This document shows, piece after piece, positions 35,601 to 45,793 of a DNA stretch of 64,000 nucleotides. Both the position numbers and the translations under genes were made by a program. Position 1 is the stretch's first letter; every line of letters starts with the position of its first letter. This stretch comes from Lama glama. Its lineage: Eukaryota. Below the pieces are notes generated by a model. The model saw nothing but the letters and a program-made list of their open reading frames with translations, was not told the origin of the DNA and did no database searches. The stretch covers positions 8,248,001 through 8,312,000 of the forward strand of contig CM052832.1 in the NCBI GenBank assembly GCA_028534125.1, given 5' to 3'.

Positions 35601-36159
35601 ATTCCCCCAGCTCAGGCCAGGGCTGTAGGCAGGGCCCTGAGAACTCATCTGCCATCACTGACCAGGGTTCCTCCAGAACTCACCCCTACTCTGAGTTCCT
35701 CACCCCCTACCCTATGAGGTTATCTCTTGCCCTCTGGGCTCCACGTCTCCCTGCCCAGAGGAGACTCCCGGGTAGCCTCTGGGACCAGGTGGCTGGACAA
35801 GGACAGATGGGTCCTGAAAACTAGCAGACCCAGAGCCAAGAAGGGTGGGGATGCCTCCATCAGAAGTCCCTGTACTGCCTCCCCACCATGGAATCAAGTC
35901 TGCCAGCCCCAGACTTGTGCAGAGAACCCTGGTCTGTAAGCGGGGAGGTAGGGGGGTGGCACAGTGTGGGGAGTTGCCGGAAAGCAGATAATTCCAGGAC
36001 AGGTTCTTGCCACCTCCCTCCTGATAGGCCTGGAAACATCGGAACCAATCTCTGTGGCTGATCCCAACCCATGCCTGGCCTGTTTCCTCACCTTCTCTGG
36101 AGTGGAAGGAGCTAGATTTTTGGAAGCCAGACCTCTGGGTCCTCCATTCCCACCCCATC

Positions 36160-36325
36160 ACTGACTGGATGGGTGACCTTGAATCTGTCACTTCTTCCCT
36201 CCAAGCCTCATTTTCCTTATCTGCAAAATGGGAAATAGTCAAGGTGCCTGCCTCATGGGATGGTTGAGAGGATTAGATAAGACAAGGGTGACCTGGGGTC
36301 AGTTCAGCAACTGGCACAGGGCACT
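36160..36325 (+). mobile_element. MIR SINE
   Basis: GTGACCTTGAAT..AGCCTCATTTTCCTTATCTGCAAAATGGG..GAGAGGATTAGAT. Confidence 0.8.
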
Positions 36326-37957
36326 GTGCTGTCAAAGGGGTCCCCGTGGTGGCTGCTGCCAGTGGCAGGAGTCGGGCGGTGCTAATGGTGTGGGATAAGT
36401 ATTCTGCCCTGCCTGACTCATGGGGCCTTCTTGTGATTTATAAGAGCTACGGGATGGGAAATGCATCCCCTCCAGGGATGGCTGGGCTCCCTGCTGGCCC
36501 CTCTGCCCAGGCCCAGCATATTCACCAGCCACAGTTGGGACAGGGCTAGCCCATAGGACATTTAGGGGTGCAGGAAAATGCTTGGTTTTATTTTGAAATT
36601 GGAGGGAAAAAAATGATCCTTTAAGTCAAAGAAACAATTTTCATACATAATACAAATAGATTTGTCTTTGTTCCAACCAAGTTGTAGAATGTCATTTTGG
36701 GCATTTGTTTAAGGAAGAAGAGACCCACAGAGGCAAAGGTGACCCACAAAATTCACAGCATGGTCCTACAGGCCAGTGAGGGGTAGGACAAGTGCATTCT
36801 CGGTGGCCCCAGTGGAAAGCCCTGACCAGAGGGAGTACAGTTAGGCTAAAGCCCTCCGGGGTGCGTAGGCCTGGGGAATGGTGGGAAGGGGAGAGAGAGC
36901 AGAAGGGAACAGCGACTTGAATTAGTGCTTCAGCTTCTGCCCTTGGGGAGGCCGCAGGTATGCGGAAATAGCCCCATACCTGTAAGACTCCTAATCCCAA
37001 GGAAAAGCACATTCTCTGTCCTCAGGGAGCCTCGCTCTGGGGAGAGACAGAGCTTTGCCTGCAAGGAGCCCACAATCTCATAGCAGAGACAAAATACAAG
37101 AATTTAAAGCAGGAAGCACCTGAGGAGAGAAAATCTCAAAGGTGGTCCCATAACTAGCTGTGTGGCCACGAGAGAAGACTGGAGAGAGCTCCCAAGTGGC
37201 TGGGGTCATCGTAGCAGGGATGGAGGCCCTGGCCTAAAGGGGGAAGAGACATGGAGGACAGGAAGTAGGGAAGGGAGATGCTGGCACTGATGTCAGGAGA
37301 AGGCGCCCAATGGAGAGGGAAGGATTGTGGGTCTGGGTGCAGAGGGGGTCTCAACGTCCAGCTGCGCCCCTCCACACAGGGCCCACACCTGGGGCCTCCA
37401 CAGTCCCTGGCTGTCCCTGGGGTGTCTGTGTCCGGAGCTGCACTGGGACACAGGAGTCACTCCTGGTGCGGTCAGGTAACCGCACGCCCCAGGTGCCCCC
37501 CCAGCCAGGCGCCCTACAGAATTAAATTACCATATTGGAAATAGCAAAGTAAACACCAATAGGTAAGGTGCAAATTAAAGCCGTTCCTCCTAGATACCTT
37601 ATTTATAGACCTGAGCTCAGCGGCCGCGCCCTCCTGGGCAGGAGCCGCAGGAGCAGAGCAGGGCACCTGCCCGGTGCCAGCTTGCTCCCCGGACACTGGG
37701 CTTCTCTTTGGCAAGGGTCGGGATGGGACCTGCCTGAGGCCTGGCTACCCCCAGCACCTGGCATCCCGTGGCGGGTGAGGCAGGGGTCATCCATATGCCT
37801 GAGCTTCAGCAGCTCGAGGTCCGTGGGGCCAGTGAAGGCTTGCTTGGTAGGAGGGAAGTCCCCATAAGGAGTGGGGTGGGAGGATGTAGGGCCAAATGAG
37901 GGGCACAGGGCCCATGGAACCAGTGTGGGGTGTTGAGCTACTGCAAAGTTGACAAAA

Positions 37958-38150
37958 GCTAACACTTATGTAGCAGTTATGGTTCTAAGTGCTTCCAAGC
38001 CTTAGCTCACTTCATCCTCGTGGCAGGCCTATGTCATCCCCATTTTACTGATGGGGATACTGAGGCACAGAAAGGTACACCACTGCTAAGTGTGCTGTCC
38101 AGGACTTGAATCCCATAGTCCGTTCTCTTAACAACCACACTTTGTTGCCT
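37958..38150 (-). mobile_element. MIR SINE
   Basis: AGCTAACACTTAT..CATCCCCATTTTACTGATGGGGATACTGAGGCACAGAAAGG..CTCTTAAC. Confidence 0.8.
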
Positions 38151-38834
38151 CTCCAGGGGCCTCTCAGCCAATGTAGAAAACCGACTCAGCAGCCTTGTGC
38201 CCGCCTGCCTGGCACTTTCTTGGTCTCCAGTGTTTTCCCATCAACGTACAAGCCAGCCTTCATGTAGAAAAGCGCCCATGCCTTGCCCAGCAGTGGCAGG
38301 TGGACCAGCTCAGGTAGGCCTTCCGAGGGCCCGGGGACACAGAGACGCTCACACTCTCATGGGCTCACAACTCCCCCTAGGCCTGACCCTTCATCCTGGC
38401 TGCAGGCTGAGGCGTGGGATAGAGTGCACCTCCCTGCGATGCCGGCCGGCCAGGGTAGAGCCTGACCTTGGTCTTGCTGGCGTGGTTCTCTAACCCACCG
38501 AGCTCAAGGCCACGGCTGGTTAGCCACAGGTTTATTAGCGGAGGGAAGATGCCGGGCCAGGGCCAGGAAACCGCACTTTGCCCAATTTGCTCATCCCACC
38601 AGACCTGGGAAGGCTGTCACCATCTTGGCGGCAGGGAGCCAGGAACAGAAGCTGTGGGCTTGGCAAGAGGGCGGACGGGAAGGAGAAACGGCCACATTTT
38701 GTTAAGGGAAGAGGCTCGCCAAAGCCTCATGCTCTCAGCCAATCAGCTGCACATCCGAGAGCTGTTTCCAGTTGGAAGCCAAGGGACACCACCAGACTGA
38801 CCCTTCGCAAATATCCCCACCGCTGGGCAAACAA

Positions 38835-38850
38835 CACCTGCTAAAAATAG
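38835..38850 (+). promoter_or_regulatory. Abutting E-box (CACCTG) and consensus MEF2 site (CTAAAAATAG)
   Basis: CAACACCTGCTAAAAATAGCCC in apparently non-repeat DNA. Motif match only. Confidence 0.5.
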
Positions 38851-39254
38851 CCCCTGTCCTGAGTGGGCTGGCTGGAGGCACAGGCCAAGGGGCAGGCAGG
38901 CCCAGGGGACAGGCTCAGCCTGGCTCCCGCTGGATGCACACCTGTCAGGGCCCTCACTCTCTCTTGCTGGGACTGGCCCGTGGAGCTCCTTATCTCTTTG
39001 GTGAGGGAAAGGGGGAGGACCTTAGTGTTAAAGATGAAGAGGCAGCCAGTCGGCTGGGAAAAACTCCAAGAGTGCCTGTGTTCTGCTGTCCCCAGCTATG
39101 TGACCTTGGAGAGGTCACTTCCCCAAGGCTCAGTTTCTCCATCTGCACAGAGGGGACAGCTGTCCTGTCTAGTCAGAGAACAGGACCCATGTGAAGGCCA
39201 CGGTTGTCGTCCTGCACTAGACCCTGCAGGAACAGGGATCAAGAGCTTCCTGTG

Positions 39255-39460
39255 TTTCCAGCCCAGTGCTAAGCCCTTTACCTGTATCAATTCCTTTAAC
39301 CCTCATGACGACCCTATGAGGCAGGGACTAACACTAGCTCTATTTTACAGTTGAGGAAACTGAGGCACAAAGGAGTGTGGGCACTAGTCCAAGGCCACAC
39401 CTAAGAAGGACCCAGAGTGGGACTTGAACCCAGGCAGTCTGGCTCCAAAGCCCGTGTTTT
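39255..39460 (-). mobile_element. MIR SINE
   Basis: CCCTATGAGGCAGG..ATTTTACAGTTGAGGAAACTGAGGCAC..TTGAACCCAGGCAGTCTGGCTCCA. Confidence 0.9.
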
Positions 39461-40064
39461 CAGCACACCAGACACCAGGGGAGATATGTGTCATTGTAAA
39501 GGTGGAAATGGAAAGGGGTGTGTGTATCAACCCCATGTCCCCAAGAACCCACTTCTCCTCAAAGAGACCTTCTAGAAGCCAGAGGCCAGGATAAAGAAGT
39601 GGGTGACCCCTCACGTCCCCTCCATCTCTGCTCCTTCCCCCTGGGGTGGAGGCGGTGGGGAGGCCAGACAGAGCTAGGAAAGCCACCGCCGCCGAGCCGG
39701 CAGGGTCACTGGCGTGTGAAACGTGCCCAGTCAGAGCAGCCGGGTGGGGTAGGGGAGCGGGCTGCCAGCCATGTGGTCCCCAGCCCACGCACTGTCTGGC
39801 GGCCCGGGGGGTGGGATGGGGGTGCCATAAATAGCAGGCCTCTCACCGGTGTTGGGAATAGAAACCCAACCCAAACAGTGTGGTGAGTCGGGGCTTTCCA
39901 GAGTGGCCACAACCCTCAGGGACCTGGAGGCACTGTGAGGGCCCCCTTCTCCTCTCGTGTCTCCTAAAGGATCAGGTCATCCTGGGGAGAAAGCCCAGCT
40001 GGCCCCAGTCCCAGAATCCTTCATAACTCGGGAAGGAATGCCAAGAGGTGTCAGGGACACAGCA

Positions 40065-40280
40065 GGTAGTATTCACTGAGCACCTGCTAGGTGCTGACAC
40101 CATCTGAAGTGCTTTACATGGACTATCCCAGTTAATGTCACCACAATCCTATGAAATGGGCTGGTTTTTCTACCCATTTTACAGAGGAGGAAACTGAGGC
40201 ACAGAGGGGCAAAGTCATGTAACTGAGATCACACGGGTAGAAAGTGGTAGAGGTTAAGACTTGGACTCAGGCCACTGGCT
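40065..40280 (-). mobile_element. MIR SINE
   Basis: CCCATTTTACAGAGGAGGAAACTGAGGCACAGAG. Confidence 0.85.
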
Positions 40281-40943
40281 GCTGAGTGTTCCCCCTGTCC
40301 CCAGGCCTGAGGGCACAGACCAGTCAGACTGGGTCCTACCCTTGAGGTCCTCCTGGTCTGGGGGACCCCAACATTCAAAGAGAAGACATTATGGCTTAAG
40401 GTGAGTGCACTGAAGGCCTACAGGATAAGACTGGGTTTCTGAAGTTCCTGGACCAGTCTGCCATGTGGAACTTGAACACATCCTCCAGCAGAGCACAGCC
40501 TGAGGGACAAGGGGGCTGGGGAGTTCCCAGCAGGGCTGACCAGCTGGATGGCAGCCCAGCCTCAGACTTAGACCCCTGTTTTGGGCCCGTTCCATTCTGC
40601 AGGGGGGAGTAGAGGAAGTGTGGGGGGATCCCCAAGGCCATTGAGAGGGGAACATGGAATCTCAAGGAGTTAGGTCCTGAGGGTCCCATCCCATTGCAAC
40701 CCTCTCAGGGGCCTTCTTGGATTCTGATACCCAGAGAGGAAGTTCCTAGTCAACTGCTGATGCCCTTTTGAGATTTGATCAGGCTCAGATACCACCCCGC
40801 CACATGGACCCCACGAGACTTGGGTCTCTGTGTTTGCCTGTTCCCAGTAGCTGCCTCTTCCTCCGGGTTCCTCCTCAGGCCACTCGTGACACTGATTTGC
40901 TGGCCTGGTGGAGGCCTTCATTTCTCTTCTCCTTCCAGGATTT

Positions 40944-41003
40944 TTTTTTAACATTTTTTATTGATTTATAATCATTTTTACAATGTTGTGTCAAATTCCA
41001 GTG
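40944..41003 (-). mobile_element. Very short (60 bp) young L1 3'-end insertion with perfect TSD
   Basis: Poly-T then AACATTTTTTATTGATTTATAATCATTTTTACAATGTTGTGTCAAATTCCAGTG (antisense L1 tail, with AATAAA on the minus strand). 14 bp TSD TCCTTCCAGGATTT at 40930-40943 and 41004-41017. Confidence 0.85.
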
Positions 41004-42109
41004 TCCTTCCAGGATTTATTGCCAGTTTCTAGTGAAGACGTGGAGAAGTCTGGACAGAAGCCTAGCATCTAAGAGTTCTTGGAATGAGGAAGCCTGTGTA
41101 CATGTTGGGCAAGGGCAGGTGTTAGCTTGTGGCCTGGATTCTGAGAGCACAGGTGAAGGTTGCCTACTTCTTCCCTGGGGGGGACACAGGTGGGATGGTG
41201 GAGACCAGACTCCTGCGCATGGCTCCTGGCATCTCTGGAGGAGGGGCCCTGGGCAGGCACTCAGCATTTTGGAAGAAGGGGGTCAGCAGCTGGGGTCAGT
41301 GAGGGGACAAAAGGAAGGCTTTCTTAGAATTGGGTTTAAGGAAGAGGACCCAGGCTGGCAGGTATTCCTCAAACCAATCGCCTGTCTTGCTCGCGGTAAG
41401 GTTGTCTCTCTACCCTGCAGCCCCAAGAAATTTGCCTCTCACCCCCAAGGGAGTAGGGTGGGCTGGGGCTGCCTCTCGGGGCTCCCTTTTCTGCTCCCAC
41501 AGTCGCTGGGTCCTGCCTCAGCAGCCTAGCCCTTCCTGCTTCAGTAGCCCAGTATATGGCCCTCCTGGGCTTCGTTGGGCCAGCAGTGGCACAGAGAACT
41601 GGCAGTTGGATCCCTCTCCCCACAGAAGATGCTCAGTAGGTTTTCTTTTGAGGGAACCAGTGTTCAGAGGATCCAGAAGGCGTTTGGAGGCAATTCTGGG
41701 CATGGAGTTCAGAGTCTGCCAAGCCCTTCTGCACTGGGACTTGAATCCAAGGCTGAGAGAGAAAGGGCAGCGTTTCCCCCAGGCCTAAGAGTTGAGAGGA
41801 AGGAAGTAGGGCAGAGCTGGCTAAGGGCTGGCCACCCAGAGAAGGAGGCTGCTCAGAGCCAGAGGCAGGCTGCTCAAGGCCGCACTGAGTGAACTGGGCA
41901 CAGGAGGCAGCTGCCTGGGGCCAAGCTCTCCCCTGTTCCCCCTGGCTGGGAGAAAAAGAAAGCTGCTCAGAACCACAGACCCCAGGACTCAGCAGACCTT
42001 GGCTTATTGAGCATATTGCACTGATCGAGGAACTGACCCAGCAGCGAGCGAACAAAAGGCAAAATTACTGCCATCGTGGAGCTTCCATCTTAGTGATGGG
42101 AGACAGGCC

Positions 42110-42500
42110 ATTGTGTGCTGTGTAATATCGAAGAGCTACTGAAAATAATAATAGTAAGAAAGCAGAATGAAGGGAATAGAGAATGCAGAGGAGGACAGGG
42201 CTAGTGTGGCTGATTCAGCAGAGGCAGCCGGTGAGGCTGGAGTGGGGCTAGTGAGGGGAGGGTGGTAGGGGGGACAGTCGGGGTCACTGGGAAGCCTGAT
42301 TAGGCAAAGATGTGGAGGCCTGTGTGAAGCTTTGGGCTTTTACCCTGAGTGAGTGGGAGCCATTGCAGGGTCTGGAGGGAGGACAGCTGTGGGCTGTGTC
42401 CACCAGACTCACTCTTCTGCCATGCCGGGAATAGACTGAGGGGTAAGGGGGTTGGGAGGAAGGAGTAGGGAGACCAGATAGGAACTGCGTGAGTTTGGGT
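42110..42500 (-). mobile_element. L2 LINE fragment
   Basis: GCTTTGGGCTTTTACCCTGAGTGAGTGGGAGCCATTGCAGGGT..AGGGAGACCAG. Confidence 0.7.
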
Positions 42501-42829
42501 CTGAAACATTGCCTCTCTGACATGGGAGCAGGGACCTCATTGAGTTGTGTGAGTTTTAAATAAAATGGTTCCTGTAAAGGGTTCCACCTGATATGTAGTG
42601 ATGTCTCAAAATGTGGTGGGTGATTATAGGTTATTCTTGTTATCCTTACCGTGGGGTCCCTGCTACAGTCACCCCTAACAGGTGGCCTTCCTGACTCTGC
42701 TTGAATCCACCTGGCCATGGGAGTTTTCAAGAAGGTCTAGGCTTTCACAGGAGCAAGGTATGCAGGGCCTACAATGTTCTCCAACATTTCTTCTGCTGCC
42801 CAGGCAGGCAGTCCCCTGGGGGAACACTA

Positions 42830-43223
42830 ACAGGCTGTGGCACCCCCTCTGCCTTCTGTGACCTTCCCTGCTGGGCAGTCTTCCCTGGGTGACTGCCCCC
42901 AGGCTACAGGAGCTGCTTTGCCTGCGAGCCAGAAGTACCTGAAGTTTATACCCCAAAAGTGGCCCTTAGCCAATGACTGGGGTAAAGCAGAGTGAGATAC
43001 CAGCTCCCTTACCTCCACTGGGGACAACCTTGAGGTGTAACTTACACTCCAGAGGCCCCTGTGGAACAAGCTGAAGGCATCCTCTGCACCCCTGTTGGCC
43101 TCTTCCTCTCCTGTCCTGCTACCCTCAGACCCTCTCATATCCCCAGGGAGCGCGCCCTTAGGAAATCACTTAGCCATGATCCCCCATCTCAGGATCTGCT
43201 TCTAAGGAACTCAACTTGAGACA
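42830..43223 (+). mobile_element. ERVL solo LTR (LTR16-like)
   Basis: CCTTAGCCAATGACTG..GGGACAACCTTGAGGTG..CATCTCAGGATCTGCTTCTAAGGAACTCAACTTGAGACA. Confidence 0.75.
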
Positions 43224-43264
43224 CTTTTTAAAGTGAAAATAGTATTTGTAGTACTACTACAATA

Positions 43265-43430
43265 AATGTAACAGTTAACATTTATTGAATGCCTATTATG
43301 TGCAAAATATTGTCTTAAGTATTTTGCCATATTGACTGCGCAACAACCCAATGATGTAGTTACTCCCATTATCCCCATTTCACAGATGAGGAAACCAAGG
43401 TACAGGGGGGATAAGTCAGTTGCCAAAGAG
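43265..43430 (-). mobile_element. MIR SINE
   Basis: TAACATTTATTGAATGCCTATTATGTGC..ATCCCCATTTCACAGATGAGGAAAC. Confidence 0.85.
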
Positions 43431-45777
43431 ACACTATTGTTATCCTCATACAGGAGGCAACAGAATCAGCTAACACCCTTACTGGTAAGGGAGGAGTATG
43501 TGCATGTAAACACGCAGACACTCATTCATGCACACACGAACACACACGCACATTTTGGTGACTTGGCCTGCAGGGCGCAAGGGCCAAGCTTCAGCAGACA
43601 CTGTGCCTGGCACTGGGTAGGCATTTGGAGGATGTCCTGTGACCTAGTGTGGCCGTAGACCCAGGGCAGGCCACCCCACCAAGCCATGATTTGTTTGTCC
43701 CTGTGGGTTCAGCAAGGGCAACTTCAGGGCTATTTCTTGTCCAGCCTCTCTCTCACAGTCTAGGGGGCTGGCGGCAGGGGCAGTGGGGCGCCCACGGAGT
43801 GACAGCAGGCCTTGGGCCTCCAGCAATAGTGTGACCATCGCTTGGCTCATCTCACGCTCATAAAAAGTCTGCTGATTAAATACACAAATTACCTCAGGCC
43901 TAAAGGTGGGGCCACAAACCAGTCAGGCTCCACAGAGCCAGATTTTTGGTGGAGAAAACGAAATACACACATACATATGCATAGTAAATTAAATCAGCTG
44001 AAAATACTGTTCCCAATAACTTCTGAACAAACAAAATCGTAATCAAATCCAGAACTGTAACTGTGCACTCTTAGGCCCCCATCCTAGGCTGCTCATTTTG
44101 CCAGAAGCCACAGGGACCCCCAGACAGGATGAAGACCCTGACCTCTAAAACTGTAGACTACCCAGGCTGGGGTCTTGAGGAGGCCTAGGGATCATCCTGA
44201 CCATCAGGATCCCTAGAAAAGGGAGTGTCCAGCAAAGGCAACTGCATTTTACTTTCTCAACTGAACAGCCAAAGGCCCTGTGTGCGCCAGCTCAGCTCCA
44301 CCCGCTCCCAGGCCCCTGCCCCAGCTCAGTTGGCCACTTAGGCCACAGACGCAACCCAGGAGGCCTTCCATCACCTCATACACCCCAGGCCCAAGCCCTT
44401 TCAGGCCCAGAATCATAAAGTAGGAGAACACAGCCACACCCAGCAGGAGGATTCAGGGAGAAAGTGTTGCTCAGTCTGGATCCCTGTTGCAGCCTCCTGC
44501 CAGCTCCCAAAAGGGGATTCTCATGTGCATTTGGGTGGCCCTCCTTACCCAGTGGAGGACATCAGTGTACCCTTTGTCACAAGTCCCTGTCAGAAGCGTA
44601 GCTATTCAGATGGGGTGGCAAACTTTGGGATGATTCATTACCAGGCTGGGCAGCCGCCGCCGGCTGACTCCCTCTCCTGTCTCTATCCTTCCCTGCAGTG
44701 AGGTTGGCATGTGCGGAGCCAGCCTGGGTGGGAGCCCCCACTTCTACTCCCAGAGCTTCCTGCGGGAGTGAGACCTAAGCAGGGTGAGACTGACAAGGCC
44801 TTGTGGCTTCTAGTGGTGTCCCAGCCATGCAGTGTCCTCTGAGCAGAGTGCCAGCCATGATGCCAGGCAGAGAGGCTGGCGGGTATCTGCTGTCCAGAGA
44901 GGACAGATCCATTTCCTGAGGGATCCAAGGACCCTGCTCCCCATCACTCTGATGCCCCTTCCTAGGGCAGCCAGCAGAGAAGAGGGGCCCTGTGCCCGGC
45001 ATGGTGCCAGGCACACTGGGCTATTGACAGATAATATTGAATAACAGGCAGGTGGCCTCTTCCCACTTATGACACCAGCCTCTCAGGAGAGCAGTTCAGG
45101 CCAGAGCCTCCAGGACTGGAGAAGTCATTCGTGCTCCTGGCCCCAGTGCAAAGTCACCCTCCCTCCCTCCTGATGTGGTCTCCCTGAGCCACCTCCCCCC
45201 ATGGCCTTGGTCTATGATTGCTCTTGCTTCCCCCCACCTCTACCCCACCCTGTTCGCTCCCCCTTTTCCTTTCTCACTCTCTGTCTCTTCTCCCTTCTAT
45301 CCACCTAGCAGGCATTGTCTGCATGCCTACGCTGTGCTGGGCCTAGGGAAACAGGACAACTAGGCCATGGTCCCTGCCTAGCAAGTGGCAGCAGTCACCA
45401 TAAGCTGACATTTACAGCCAGGGGTTCCAGAGCTCCTGTCCTGCCTACTAAAAGGAGAAGGCTTCCCAGAGGAGGGCTGTTGAAATATGTGTGAGGGTTT
45501 CTGACATGGAGAAGGAAGAGGAGGGAAGGGTGTTACTGCTGGAAGGAACAGCTCTGCAAAGGCCTGGAGACAAGACAGAGCACAGCATGGGTGGGGAGGG
45601 GGCTCAGGGATCTGGTGTGGCTGAAGTAGTCACAAGGGGTCCTCTTCACCTCCTCCTGCTCTTGACACCCACCACCCCCATCCCCTTTATCCTGACCTGT
45701 AGCAAAACAGCTCTCCAGTCAAAGTCAGTAGGAGGGCATGGGATGAGGGTGTCTGGAGTAAGTGCCTGGCTCCACCC

Positions 45778-45793
45778 CCTATAGGGGGCGCTG
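45778..45793 (+). promoter_or_regulatory. Candidate CTCF core motif
   Basis: CCTATAGGGGGCGCTG versus consensus CCASYAGRKGGCRS, with two mismatches at the 5' side and the CpG retained. Confidence 0.45.

Noticed and set aside
35030..35602. 190 aa hydrophobic ORF resembling a membrane protein
   Set aside because: It is a translation of the complement of the GA-rich low-complexity tract.
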